NCBI GenBank assembly: GCA_009691135.1
Contig: SHVF01000002.1
Location: 7,067-71,066, forward strand
Origin: Candidatus Planktophila sp.
Lineage (GTDB): Bacteria; Actinomycetota; Actinomycetes; Nanopelagicales; Nanopelagicaceae
DNA: 64,000 bases
Reading direction: 5' to 3'
Every line of letters begins with the position of its first letter. Position 1 is the stretch's first letter. The notes under the pieces were generated by a model. The model searched no databases. It was not told the DNA's origin and worked only from the letters and a program-made list of their open reading frames with translations. Made by a program: the position numbers and the translations under genes. This document shows positions 30,292 to 40,364 of this stretch, piece after piece.

Positions 30292-31652
30292 GTCCAGCTC
30301 CAACTTTGTCCTGTAGGTCCATCACTAATCAAAATTCCTTGGGCCAATAATTCATCACGCAGAAGATCACTCTGGCTCCAATTCTTGAGCTCACGTGCAG
30401 TTGCTCTTTGGCTCAAGAGTAATTCTTGTCCAGGCGAAATAGGTTTGTTGATGATTGCGCGGATAAGTTCTAGTCCAAGCACCTGATCTGCGTGAAGAAA
30501 TATGGCTCGCTTATCGTGTGGTTGTATCTTTACATCCTTTTCTATGGCGCGCAGCCGCAAAATTGCGCGCGGAGTATCAAGATCTTTTTTAATAGCAGTA
30601 GCAACTGCTGCATCTGCCTTAGCCAAAGTCTCTGAACCCCAAGCGCCCATTGAAGTTCGCCATCTACGTAAAGTGGAATTTGCAGCTTCTAGCGCCGCCC
30701 AAGTGAGATCCATTTGCGCACGATAACGATTTTCTAATAGACAAAGCCTTAACGCCAATGGATCAAGCCCGCGATCAATTACATCTTGCAGCAGCACGAC
30801 ATTTCCAGAACTCTTTGACATCTTGCGGCCCTCAAAAAGTAAGTGCTCACCGTGTACCCACATGCCAACTGCCTCAGAATTAATTATTGAATTTGATTGC
30901 GCACGTTCATTTTCATGGTGTGGGAATCTCAGATCTATGCCACCTACATGAATATCTATACGGTTGCCAAGTAGCGAGAGTGACATCGCTGTGCACTCGA
31001 TATGCCATCCCGGAAAACCAAGCCCCCATGGTGAATCCCAGATCATTTCTGTGCGCGAACCGGCCGCTTTCCAGAGCGCCCAGTCGGCATGAAAACGTTT
31101 ATCGCCCTCATCGTTAAATTCATATCGATGACCAGGCTTTAGCGAATTCAGACGGTTGCCGCTAATCGCACCGTAGCTTTCAAAAGATTGAGAATCAAAA
31201 TAAACAGAACCAGCAGTCGTGGCATAAGCAAAGCCACCATCAATTAATTTAGAGATGTAGTGCTGCATCAAATTTATTGTTTCGCTAGCGCGGGGATAGG
31301 CGCTAGCTGGCAGGATATTTAACCTTTGTAAATCTTTGTGGAACTCGGCTTCGTATGCGCGAGCAATTTCAAAGGGATCACGCTTTTCCAGATGCGCCTG
31401 TTGGAGAATTTTATCTTCACCTTGAACATCTTCTGACATATGTCCAACATCGGTTATGTTTTGAATAAAGTTAACTTGCGCACCTTGTTGAATTAGCGCT
31501 CTATGAATTAAGTCCGCCAGTAAGAATGTTCTTAAATTGCCCACGTGAGCATCGCGATAGACGGTTGGACCACAGCAGTAAACGGTTACCTGTGACCCCG
31601 AAGACTCTATTTGGCTAAGCTTTCTCGCCAAAGTGTCATATATAGAAATCAT
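30288..31652 (-). CDS. cysS: Cysteine--tRNA ligase
   Basis: CGPTVY, HVGN, GWHIEC, FPHHENE and KMSKS motifs; C-terminal R..KNW..SD.LRD anticodon domain. Confidence 0.85.
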   Translation of the reverse strand: MISIYDTLARKLSQIESSGSQVTVYCCGPTVYRDAHVGNLRTFLLADLIHRALIQQGAQVNFIQNITDVGHMSEDVQGEDKILQQAHLEKRDPFEIARAYEAEFHKDLQRLNILPASAYPRASETINLMQHYISKLIDGGFAYATTAGSVYFDSQSFESYGAISGNRLNSLKPGHRYEFNDEGDKRFHADWALWKAAGSRTEMIWDSPWGLGFPGWHIECTAMSLSLLGNRIDIHVGGIDLRFPHHENERAQSNSIINSEAVGMWVHGEHLLFEGRKMSKSSGNVVLLQDVIDRGLDPLALRLCLLENRYRAQMDLTWAALEAANSTLRRWRTSMGAWGSETLAKADAAVATAIKKDLDTPRAILRLRAIEKDVKIQPHDKRAIFLHADQVLGLELIRAIINKPISPGQELLLSQRATARELKNWSQSDLLRDELLAQGILISDGPTGQSWSWT

Positions 31653-32626
31653 TACCTTACTTCCAAAGTTTCTAGTACACGATAGACATATTTGTGATGA
31701 AGTCTAAATCCCATCGAATCGTACAAGGCAAGCGCTGCGGCGTTTTCAAGATCCACTTGCAGTGCGATTTTTGTTGCTCCATCTTCTTTAGCCGCAACCA
31801 TTAAAAGGAGCATTAGCTGCTTCGCCAGCCCTTTTCCACGATGAGATGGATCGACGAAGAGTCGCGTCGCCATCGCCCATGTCCCAAGGGTTGCGATTCG
31901 GCCAACGGCCTTGACGCTTTCTCCAGATTTAATAAGACCATATCTTGCTGGGTAACGTTGCATTAAGTTTTCCAGGCGGTGATCTGATTGCAGGCCTAGC
32001 CATTCCTCAGATGGATAATCAAGAATCTCGTAATTAAATTGTGAAAACATTTCAGTCTCAATCAAATCTATATCTTTAATTAGGAATTGCACCCCAACTT
32101 TTATTTGCCAGCCTTGGCTTTCTAGGTATTCATCTAGTTCTTGATATATCGGAAGAGGTAATGTGAAAGTTGGAGTTAAACCCCTATCCCGATAACTCTT
32201 TATTACATGCTCTACGGCATCGGCTAGCACCAGGGGAGGCTCTCCGATTGGGCCGGCACCTGTTGGCAACACCGAATTTGCGCGCATTGTAAATCCATCA
32301 GAAATGCGCAGGCGCCATTTTCCAAATTCAATAATTTCTGCGGCAGGCCAAGTGGTATCAGATAGTTTTTCTAATTCAATAATCCGCAGTGATAGCGGCG
32401 AACCTGTACCAGCGCGATCGGGAAGTGGTTTAATTTCTCGCCAAATTGCGATGTCATCTTTAGAAAACGAAATTGATTGAGACTTAGAATTTATTAATTC
32501 GTGCTCGCTCTGCAGAATTCCAACGATATCTCGCAACCCGCCATCGGCTTCGCGTAGTCTTATGGTGACCCTTTTGCCAATTGCCCCGCTCAGCGGTGAC
32601 GCAGATCCCTGGGTGGCTTTAGTCAT
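31652..32626 (-). CDS. GNAT N-acetyltransferase (Rv0428c-like, with N-terminal beta domain)
   Basis: GFTMRANS, V.P.HRGKGLA and LQV..EN..A.ALY..MGF motifs. Confidence 0.85.
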   Translation of the reverse strand: MTKATQGSASPLSGAIGKRVTIRLREADGGLRDIVGILQSEHELINSKSQSISFSKDDIAIWREIKPLPDRAGTGSPLSLRIIELEKLSDTTWPAAEIIEFGKWRLRISDGFTMRANSVLPTGAGPIGEPPLVLADAVEHVIKSYRDRGLTPTFTLPLPIYQELDEYLESQGWQIKVGVQFLIKDIDLIETEMFSQFNYEILDYPSEEWLGLQSDHRLENLMQRYPARYGLIKSGESVKAVGRIATLGTWAMATRLFVDPSHRGKGLAKQLMLLLMVAAKEDGATKIALQVDLENAAALALYDSMGFRLHHKYVYRVLETLEVR

Positions 32627-32714
32627 GTCGATACTTTAATCGGGCAACCTCGCCTCTGCATGGTTACAATGAGCGCGATTGAATAGCAGGGCCAACCATT
32701 CTGGAGGTTAGATC

Positions 32715-33032
32715 GTGACTTATGTAATTGCCCAACCGTGCGTTGATGTTAAGGACAAATCCTGCATCGAGGAATGCCCAGTTGACTGTATCTACGAAGG
32801 CAATCGCATGCTCTACATCCAACCTGACGAATGCGTAGATTGCGGTGCTTGTGAGCCGGTCTGCCCAGTCGAAGCCATTTATTATGAAGATGACATCCCT
32901 TCACAGTGGAAAGACTCATCCAAGATCAATACTGAATTCTTCGTTGAACTCGGATCTCCTGGAGGCGCAGCCAAGGTTGGCTTAACAAATAGCGATCATC
33001 CAGATGTCCTAGCAATCCCACCAAAAGAATAG
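32715..33032 (+). CDS. fdxA: 7Fe ferredoxin
   Basis: [26 protein letters not shown]...[12 protein letters not shown]; GGAGG SD. Confidence 0.96.
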   Translation: MTYVIAQPCVDVKDKSCIEECPVDCIYEGNRMLYIQPDECVDCGACEPVCPVEAIYYEDDIPSQWKDSSKINTEFFVELGSPGGAAKVGLTNSDHPDVLAIPPKE

Positions 33033-33066
33033 TTGCACAGAGTCGCATAGCTAGCGCCTTCCAATT

Positions 33067-34140
33067 ATGCGCCAACCATTGCCAGATTTCCCGTGGGATG
33101 CGTTGGCGTCTTATGCGCAAAAGGCGCGTGAGTATGCAAATGGAATAATTGATTTATCTCAAGGAACGCCGGTTGATTCGACTCCGCAAATAATTCAAAG
33201 CGCGCTGCGCGCAAGTACTGATTCACCACGATATCCCGTCACTGCTGGCACCAAAGAATTACAGGATGCAATTCGCAATTGGGCCATTGCGCATCTAGGT
33301 GCAACAGGGGATTTTGATGTTCTGCCGGTGATTGGCTCTAAAGAATTAGTCGCATGGTTGCCAACTCTTCTGCAAAGCCAAAACGTTATTTATCCAGAAA
33401 TCGCATATCCAACTTATTTAGTCGGTGCGCTTTTGGCCCAAGCGAATCCCATTGCTGTCGGTGTCGACGCCGCAACTTGGCCAGCAGTGGATTTTGCTTG
33501 GATTAACTCGCCCGCCAACCCAACGGGTCGTGTGCATTCAGAAGAAGAGCTTCGAGCCGCACTGAAATGGTCCCGCAAAAATTCAGCCACGCTTATTTGC
33601 GATGAGTGTTACATCGACTTCGGAGATACCGAGACACCTACCTCGCTGCTTAAATACACCGATGGCGATAACACAAATATATTGGTAGTTCACTCACTCT
33701 CTAAACGCTCATCAATGGCCGGTTATCGCGGCGCCTTTCTAATTGGTGATAGCAAGCTGATTGCCCAAATACGCGAAGTACGAAAGCATGCGGGGATGAT
33801 GGTGCCGCTTCCAATTCAAAACGCGATGGTTGCGGCGTTAAGTGATGAAAAGCATGTGCAAGAACAGTGTGCAAGATATAACTCGCGCAGATCAATTTTG
33901 GCACCAGCTCTGCAAGCAGCTGGTTTCAGGATTGATGACTCAGCGGCTGGTTTATATATCTGGTGCACTAGATCAGAAGATTCTTGGCGCTCTGTTGATT
34001 GGTTAGCCCAACTTGGAATATTGGCAACGCCAGGTAACTTCTACGGCCCCCTCGGTGCATCGCATATTCGCGTTGCGATGACTGCCTCGGATGCGCAGAT
34101 AAATGAAGCGGCCGAACGTATTTTGAAAGCAATTGCATAA
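33067..34140 (+). CDS. dapC: N-succinyldiaminopimelate aminotransferase
   Basis: LPDFPWD, DLSQGTPVD and HSLSKRS..AGYR motifs; fdxA-dapC synteny. Confidence 0.92.
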   Translation: MRQPLPDFPWDALASYAQKAREYANGIIDLSQGTPVDSTPQIIQSALRASTDSPRYPVTAGTKELQDAIRNWAIAHLGATGDFDVLPVIGSKELVAWLPTLLQSQNVIYPEIAYPTYLVGALLAQANPIAVGVDAATWPAVDFAWINSPANPTGRVHSEEELRAALKWSRKNSATLICDECYIDFGDTETPTSLLKYTDGDNTNILVVHSLSKRSSMAGYRGAFLIGDSKLIAQIREVRKHAGMMVPLPIQNAMVAALSDEKHVQEQCARYNSRRSILAPALQAAGFRIDDSAAGLYIWCTRSEDSWRSVDWLAQLGILATPGNFYGPLGASHIRVAMTASDAQINEAAERILKAIA

Positions 34141-35108
34141 TGGCAATTGGAATCTTACTTGTCGGCGGTTTTGGAACGCGTTTGAAACCGCTCACAAATC
34201 AAACTCCTAAACCGATGTTGCCTATTGGTGGCCTACCTCTTACCGAACATCAATTACTGGCTGCTAAGAAAGCGGGCATAAATACCGTAATCCTTGCTAC
34301 TTCCTATCTTTCAGAGGTATTCACGCCTTACTTTGGTGACGGATCTAAATGGGGAATGAAGTTGCTTTACGCGGTAGAGAAAGAACCATTGGGCACAGGC
34401 GGTGCTATACGTAACGCCGCCGCGATGGTTGGTTTTGCAGATACATCAGAAGACTTTGTAATTTTTAATGGCGACGTTTTAAGCAAACACGATATTGCAT
34501 CTCAACTTTCTTTTCATAAAGAATGTAGCGCCGATGTCACCTTGCATTTAATCAAAGTCGCCGATGCTCGCGCTTTCGGATGTGTGCCAACTGATGAGAC
34601 TGGGCGAGTATCAGATTTCTTAGAAAAAATGGACAATCCTCTAACCAATGACATCAATGCAGGATGTTACATTTTTAACCCAACGGTAATTTCTGCGATA
34701 CCTGAAGGAAAAGTCGTCAGCATCGAACGCGAAACTTTTCCGCAATTAGTTAAATCTGGTCGACCGGTCTTCGGATATCACGAGCAGTCGTATTGGCTAG
34801 ATATTGGAACCCCAGCGGCGCTCTTCAAAGGTTCACGCGATTACGTCGCTGGAGATTTCATGGCTGGCTCAGGGACAAAGGTCGCCTCAGGCTCCCTCGT
34901 CACTGGGGGAAGTTCGATTGGGTCGGGCTCTGAAGTCGGGGCCAGTTGCACCATCACCAATTCAATAATTGGGGACGGGGTTGTTATTGGCGATAACTGC
35001 ACTGTCACTGGATCATTTATTCTGCATAATTCAGTAATCAGCAGTAATTCAGAAATCATTGGGAAATACATTTCGCCGACAGAAAATTTGCCAATTTCTA
35101 CCCAATAA
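34140..35108 (+). CDS. manC: Mannose-1-phosphate guanylyltransferase (NDP-sugar synthase)
   Basis: GGFGTRLKPLT..PKP, EPLGTGGA and WLDIGTP motifs; hexapeptide C-terminus. Confidence 0.85.
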   Translation: MAIGILLVGGFGTRLKPLTNQTPKPMLPIGGLPLTEHQLLAAKKAGINTVILATSYLSEVFTPYFGDGSKWGMKLLYAVEKEPLGTGGAIRNAAAMVGFADTSEDFVIFNGDVLSKHDIASQLSFHKECSADVTLHLIKVADARAFGCVPTDETGRVSDFLEKMDNPLTNDINAGCYIFNPTVISAIPEGKVVSIERETFPQLVKSGRPVFGYHEQSYWLDIGTPAALFKGSRDYVAGDFMAGSGTKVASGSLVTGGSSIGSGSEVGASCTITNSIIGDGVVIGDNCTVTGSFILHNSVISSNSEIIGKYISPTENLPISTQ

Positions 35109-35174
35109 GTCGATAAATCATCCTTGAATCCCTTATTTCAGGCAGATTTTCCTCAATTTGGACCATTCACGCAC

Positions 35175-35203
35175 TTGACTAAAAGGGATTACACGCGTGT
35201 AAT
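35175..35203 (+). promoter_or_regulatory. whiB2 promoter: TTGACT -35 plus a perfect 16-bp palindrome ATTACACGCGTGTAAT over the -10
   Basis: Read directly from the sequence, about 65 nt upstream of whiB2. Confidence 0.65.
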
Positions 35204-35266
35204 TCGTTATAGAGAAGCGGTGTTCACAGTGAGCGCTGCCACCAAAGGTCTTGAGGAGATTAGTCG

Positions 35267-35575
35267 ATGCCGATTCGTCCAGACGCTACACCTACTGGCA
35301 ATCCAACAGCCCCTACTGCTGGACCATCAATTAAATTAGCAAACGGAGAGAACGTTCAACTCTCCTGGCAAGAACGAGCACTTTGCGCGCAGACAGATCC
35401 AGAAGCATTCTTCCCTGAAAAGGGTGGCTCAACTCGTGAAGCAAAGCGCGTCTGCCTCTCTTGCGATGTTCGCCAAGAATGTTTGGAATACGCGCTCGCA
35501 CATGACGAGCGCTTTGGAATCTGGGGTGGACTCTCCGAACGTGAGCGTCGCCGTTTGAAGCGCCGCCCAGCGTAA
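35267..35575 (+). CDS. whiB2: WhiB2/WhmD Fe-S transcription factor
   Basis: WQERALCAQTDPEAFFPEKGGSTREAKRVC and GIWGGLSERERR; GAGGAG SD. Confidence 0.94.
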   Translation: MPIRPDATPTGNPTAPTAGPSIKLANGENVQLSWQERALCAQTDPEAFFPEKGGSTREAKRVCLSCDVRQECLEYALAHDERFGIWGGLSERERRRLKRRPA

Positions 35576-35580
35576 CTCTT

Positions 35581-38500
35581 ATGAGCTCACATCGCGTCAC
35601 TGCGATTCTTGTAATTCATGACGGTGCGCTTTGGTTACCTGAAGTTCTCGCATCGCTTACCTCACAAACGTATCCAGTAAATAAGAGCGTTGCCGTTGAT
35701 ACGGGTTCCGAGGATGGTTCAGCAAAAATTGTTAAAGGTGCGCGCATTCCAGTTCTACCGATGGCTCGAGATACCGGATTTGGTGAAGCTATCGGACATG
35801 CTGTTTCAACTCTTCCAAAAATTGTTGATCCGGAACGCGAATGGATATGGCTCATCCACGATGATTTAACACTGCACCCAAGTGCCTTAGCGAATTTAAT
35901 TGCTGAAGTTGAAACAAAACCTAGCGTTGCAATGGCCGGTCCAAAGTTATTGGGTTGGCACGACCACACACATTTATTAGAAATTGGAGTAAGTATTGCC
36001 GCCAACGGAAATCGTTGGACCGGATTGGAATCTTCCGAGTATGACCAAGGACAACGCGATGGCGTGCATGAAGTTCTTGCAGTAAGTACCGCCGGCGCAC
36101 TAATTCGCAGAGATGTTTTTGAACAACTAGGTGGATTCGATCCCAACTTAGATCTCTTCCGTGATGACGTTGACTTTGGTTGGCGTCTTTACTCCGCGGG
36201 CTACACAGCAATTGCAGTTTCTAGCGCAATTGCCTTTCACGCTGAAGCATCCGCCAATGAACGTCGCATGGTTGATGTTGCAGAGGCGTTCCTGCATCGC
36301 CCCTTGCTTCTTGATCGTCGCAACGCGGCATATGTTCTCCTAGTTAATTCTTCGTTGTGGCTGCTTCCGATTCTTACCGTTCAATTATTATCTGGTGCAA
36401 TATTTCGCGCGGTCGGCTTTTTATTTGCAAAGTTACCCGGATATGCCAGCGATGAGATTTTGGCTGTTGGTGCGCTAATTCTGCAACCTGCAGATTTAAT
36501 CAAAGCACGAAAAGTTCGACGGGCTTACCGCTTGGTCCCATCTGGAATTGTTTCGAGATTTATTCCATCACGTTGGTCGCAGACGCGCCTGGCGCTTTCC
36601 AGGTCTGCAGAATGGATTCGCACTCAACTCTTCCCTGCCGAAATAACTGAAGTTCGCGAGATTTCTGTATTAGATGAAAATTTAGATGAAGAGGATTTAC
36701 TAACTTCGGCATCAAATCGCAGTTGGGTTAATCTACTGAAGCGACCGCTTGTTGCACTTTCATTATTATTATTTTTCTTAACACTCGTTTGGTCACGTAA
36801 CCGTTTCGGTGCGCTATCGGGTGGCGCTCTGCCAGAACAACCAAACGGTGTAAGCGATCTCTGGGATATTTACTTCAGCGGATGGCACTCAATCGCCATG
36901 GGAACTAGCGCTGCTGCGCCTCCTTGGCTAGCGGTCGTGGCGATTTCTGCGACTCCACTATTGGGAAGCGTGAAGTTTTTTATTGCGGTGCTATTTTTCT
37001 TGGCGCCCCTGGCAATGGCCACAACTTTACATCTGCTTCTCAAAGGCTTATCTGAGAACCGCTGGCTAACGGTGTCATCTGCGGTGTTGTATGCGATCTC
37101 ACCTGTCGCAATTTCAGCAATAAATTCCGGAAGACTTGCGACAGTGGTAATTCTTATCCTTCTACCGCTATTAGTGAAAGCAGCAGGTAGCTGGCGAGAA
37201 ATTGAAAAATTCTCATGGCGACGGGTATTTTCCATCTCACTTCTAGTTGCGATTTTGGCAGCATTTTCACCAATTATTTTCTTATTCGGGATTATCTTAA
37301 CTGGCATCGCCATTTATCATGACTATCATGATAGCGATCAAGGATTAAACTCAGAATTGTTCAATTACCGTCTCTATCGACGAATTGCATTGGTTCTTAC
37401 ACCGCTGCTTCTTTGCGCTCCATGGAGTTTTGAATTGATATTTAATCCAAATAGGTTTCTTATTGATTCTGGTTTCTTAATCCCAGGTGGCGGACCAAAT
37501 TTAGCAATCTTCGGAAATCCCGGAGGACCCGGATCGCTACCGTTGGCCGTGTTGAGTCCGTTATCAATCATCCTTATTATTTCACTCTTCTCATCCACGC
37601 GGGCACGTCGCGTAGCTGAATTTGGTTTCTTTTCGTTGCTCTCGGCGGTACTCATAAGTGCGATATCGCTAACCGGAAACGGAACCTTGGTTCCAACAAG
37701 AATTTATCCTGGAACGCTAATGACTATTACTACATTGTCTGCGATCTGCGCTGCAGTAATAATGTTAGATAAATTACGAGATCGACTAATTGCCACAAAT
37801 ATCAATTTTCGACACATATCTGCTGCAACGCTTTTAGTAGCAACAATTCTTTATGCACTTTCTTCAATCGGCTGGATCGTTACTAAAGGTGCAACTTCAC
37901 CTTTGCAAACTGGCAGAGAGATTGTTTTGCCTGCATTTTTGGCCATTGAGAGTGACGCTAAAACTTTAGTACTTCGCCCACGAACATCAGGTAAAGAAAT
38001 TTCACTTAACTATTACTTGGCACGTGGGGGAGATATATCTCTTGGTCAACCGGATATGGCGCCACAAGATCGAGAACAGATATCGAACGCGGTTCGTGAA
38101 TTAACCGATGGCAGTGGACTAACTTCTAGTACTACCTTCGCAGTACACGGTATTAAGTATCTATTCTTAAAAAGCCCAGTTGATGAAAATATCGCCAGAG
38201 TTGTTGATGGTTTAGGTGGGTTCAATCGTGCATCTTCGACAAACGCTGGGATTGTTTGGAAAACTGTAGGAAATACAGGGCAAGTTTTATTTAAAGATGC
38301 CTCAGGTAAGGGTTCAGTCTTGGTGGAAGGAATCCTCGGAATAACAGTAAGCGCTCCGGGCGAACTTACCTTAACTGAAAATTACAGTCTTGGGTGGCGA
38401 GCAATGCAAGATGGACAAAGGCTGAAGCGCACGCGCAGCGTCGATGACTTGCCAGTATTCACCGTAGAAAAACCTGGGCTGGTGACCTTAATGTACGACG

Positions 38501-38616
38501 GAACGCTTCGCCGTGCTTGGGTTTCACTACAGATTGTAGTTTTCGTAACAGTTTTAGTTATGGCACTTCCAGCAGGCCGGCGCCGGCGCGAGATCGAAGA
38601 TGCGGAGTTAGCATGA
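35581..38616 (+). CDS. Large GT2 glycosyltransferase with multi-TM C-terminus
   Basis: WLIHDD, GPKL and GGFDP..DDVDFGWR motifs; conserved neighbour of whiB in actinomycetes. Confidence 0.87.
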   Translation: MSSHRVTAILVIHDGALWLPEVLASLTSQTYPVNKSVAVDTGSEDGSAKIVKGARIPVLPMARDTGFGEAIGHAVSTLPKIVDPEREWIWLIHDDLTLHPSALANLIAEVETKPSVAMAGPKLLGWHDHTHLLEIGVSIAANGNRWTGLESSEYDQGQRDGVHEVLAVSTAGALIRRDVFEQLGGFDPNLDLFRDDVDFGWRLYSAGYTAIAVSSAIAFHAEASANERRMVDVAEAFLHRPLLLDRRNAAYVLLVNSSLWLLPILTVQLLSGAIFRAVGFLFAKLPGYASDEILAVGALILQPADLIKARKVRRAYRLVPSGIVSRFIPSRWSQTRLALSRSAEWIRTQLFPAEITEVREISVLDENLDEEDLLTSASNRSWVNLLKRPLVALSLLLFFLTLVWSRNRFGALSGGALPEQPNGVSDLWDIYFSGWHSIAMGTSAAAPPWLAVVAISATPLLGSVKFFIAVLFFLAPLAMATTLHLLLKGLSENRWLTVSSAVLYAISPVAISAINSGRLATVVILILLPLLVKAAGSWREIEKFSWRRVFSISLLVAILAAFSPIIFLFGIILTGIAIYHDYHDSDQGLNSELFNYRLYRRIALVLTPLLLCAPWSFELIFNPNRFLIDSGFLIPGGGPNLAIFGNPGGPGSLPLAVLSPLSIILIISLFSSTRARRVAEFGFFSLLSAVLISAISLTGNGTLVPTRIYPGTLMTITTLSAICAAVIMLDKLRDRLIATNINFRHISAATLLVATILYALSSIGWIVTKGATSPLQTGREIVLPAFLAIESDAKTLVLRPRTSGKEISLNYYLARGGDISLGQPDMAPQDREQISNAVRELTDGSGLTSSTTFAVHGIKYLFLKSPVDENIARVVDGLGGFNRASSTNAGIVWKTVGNTGQVLFKDASGKGSVLVEGILGITVSAPGELTLTENYSLGWRAMQDGQRLKRTRSVDDLPVFTVEKPGLVTLMYDGTLRRAWVSLQIVVFVTVLVMALPAGRRRREIEDAELA

Positions 38617-39926
38617 GATTTCAACGCCCCGTAGCCCTTGTTGGATCTGTAGTTGTAACGCTCTTGGTAGCCAACGGAATAAATGTTGGATTATCAAAAG
38701 ATGAGTTCTCAACTAATTATCCAGCGGTAGTTTGCCCCCCAACTCCTAATAATTTGACTACTGCAATTTCGCTTCCTTCATCAAAGACAGAATTTCGATT
38801 AACGGGCACGAAGTCTCTCTCGCTTATTCCTACACAAACTCTGCGGTATATGCAAGCAAAAGCTCCCGTAATCATTGAGTCGCAAGGTGCAACGCCAGTT
38901 GTCTGGCAAATTCGCAAGGATGTTTGGGCGGGTGCGACTATTTGTTCATCGCTACAAAATGAACAATGGTTTGTTGGTGGCGCCGCAGATGTGACAAGCA
39001 CGGGAAGAATTATGCTGGTTAACAGTGGATTGAGTGCAGCAATTGTTGATCTGCAGATTTGGAATGAAGTGGGCTTGCAACCATCCAAGCCCGTTACTCT
39101 CAAAGCGAATTCCTACTCTGAAATCGGTTTGGATTTGCTTGCCCCAGGTTCTCGCCGAGTAGTTGTTCAAGCAATCACGCGATCGGGCAGAGTTACAAGC
39201 TATATGTTGGATGAACGCGGTAAGGGGCTGCGTGCACTTGGTGGGGACATCATTAATTTCGCACCATCTGCCACAAAAGAGATTTTCATCCCGGCGATTC
39301 CACATACCGTTAAGAAAGTTGGCACTAAGTCAGTAGAGCTACCTCATTCGTTACGCTTACTTGTTCCCGGAGAAATCGATGCCCGTGTAAGCGTCAAAGT
39401 CTTATCCACCGATGGCACATTTATCCCGGCAGGGCTAGAAAACAAATTGGTTAAGGCAGGTTCGGTAGTCACTTTAGATCTAAATCCAAAGCTCCCCACT
39501 AGTAAATTCGGCATCCAAATCTCATCCGATGAACCGCTGGTTGCTAGCGTGTTTTCATCGACCCTAGCCGAAGGCAAGTCAGATTTCATCTGGAGCACTG
39601 CCGTTCCCGCACTCACAAAGTTCTCATTAGCAACAACTGGAATTGCTCCGCAGTTAATCTTTATTGGTACTTCAATATCCGCTGAGGCTGAACTATTCTT
39701 TAACAACGGAAAACGCAAGCAAGTAATAATTAGTGGAGAAGAAATCGCAACCCTCGAAGTTCCCGATGGGGTTCGCTCCGTCACATTCAAAAAGGTAGGC
39801 AAGGGGATTTACGGAGCAGGTCTGGTTGCAACGAAGAGCGGCTATGGATACTTCCCACTTGCTGCTGGAAGTGTCCTTACAAAGTCATCTGTGCCGCTTT
39901 CAAATATTCGCGTCTTAACTCCGTGA
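38613..39926 (+). CDS. Secreted/membrane-anchored protein (DUF5719-like)
   Basis: N-terminal TM, C...WFVGGA motif; ATGA overlap with the GT2 gene; synteny. Confidence 0.7.
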   Translation: MRFQRPVALVGSVVVTLLVANGINVGLSKDEFSTNYPAVVCPPTPNNLTTAISLPSSKTEFRLTGTKSLSLIPTQTLRYMQAKAPVIIESQGATPVVWQIRKDVWAGATICSSLQNEQWFVGGAADVTSTGRIMLVNSGLSAAIVDLQIWNEVGLQPSKPVTLKANSYSEIGLDLLAPGSRRVVVQAITRSGRVTSYMLDERGKGLRALGGDIINFAPSATKEIFIPAIPHTVKKVGTKSVELPHSLRLLVPGEIDARVSVKVLSTDGTFIPAGLENKLVKAGSVVTLDLNPKLPTSKFGIQISSDEPLVASVFSSTLAEGKSDFIWSTAVPALTKFSLATTGIAPQLIFIGTSISAEAELFFNNGKRKQVIISGEEIATLEVPDGVRSVTFKKVGKGIYGAGLVATKSGYGYFPLAAGSVLTKSSVPLSNIRVLTP

Positions 39927-39968
39927 CAATCCCAGATTTTCAACTCCTTCACCACTAATCTAGGTTCC

Positions 39969-40346
39969 ATGAGTAAGTTGGCAAGAACCGGTCGCAGCTG
40001 TTCGCGAGTTAGCTGCAGAAGTCTTGCTTCGATGACCCTTACCTATATTTATGCTGATTCAACTGCGGTGCTAGGACCACTTGCCACATTTTCAGAACCA
40101 CACTCTTACGATTTGTGTGAAACCCATGGGAAACGTCTAACCGTTCCAAATGGATGGAACGTAATTAAAGAAGAAAGTTCGCAAGATCCAACGGGTCCCA
40201 GTGATGACGATCTAATGGCAATTGCTGATGCGGTGCGAGAAGTTGCCATGGTTCAAACTTCAAACAGTGAAGAAATTTTAGATAATTCAGCCAGCGCTGC
40301 AAATCAACTTGGGCGTCGTGGCCACTTGCGCGCAGTTCCTTCTTAG
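39969..40346 (+). CDS. DUF3499 family protein
   Basis: CSR..C, TLTYIYADSTAVLGPL, YDLC..H and RRGHLR motifs. Confidence 0.9.
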   Translation: MSKLARTGRSCSRVSCRSLASMTLTYIYADSTAVLGPLATFSEPHSYDLCETHGKRLTVPNGWNVIKEESSQDPTGPSDDDLMAIADAVREVAMVQTSNSEEILDNSASAANQLGRRGHLRAVPS

Positions 40347-40364
40347 TTTTCAATTATCAAAAAC

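Noticed and set aside
30288-31652. Calling the ligase MshC because mshB is adjacent
   Set aside because: It has CGPTVY and a C-terminal anticodon-binding domain, as in CysRS.
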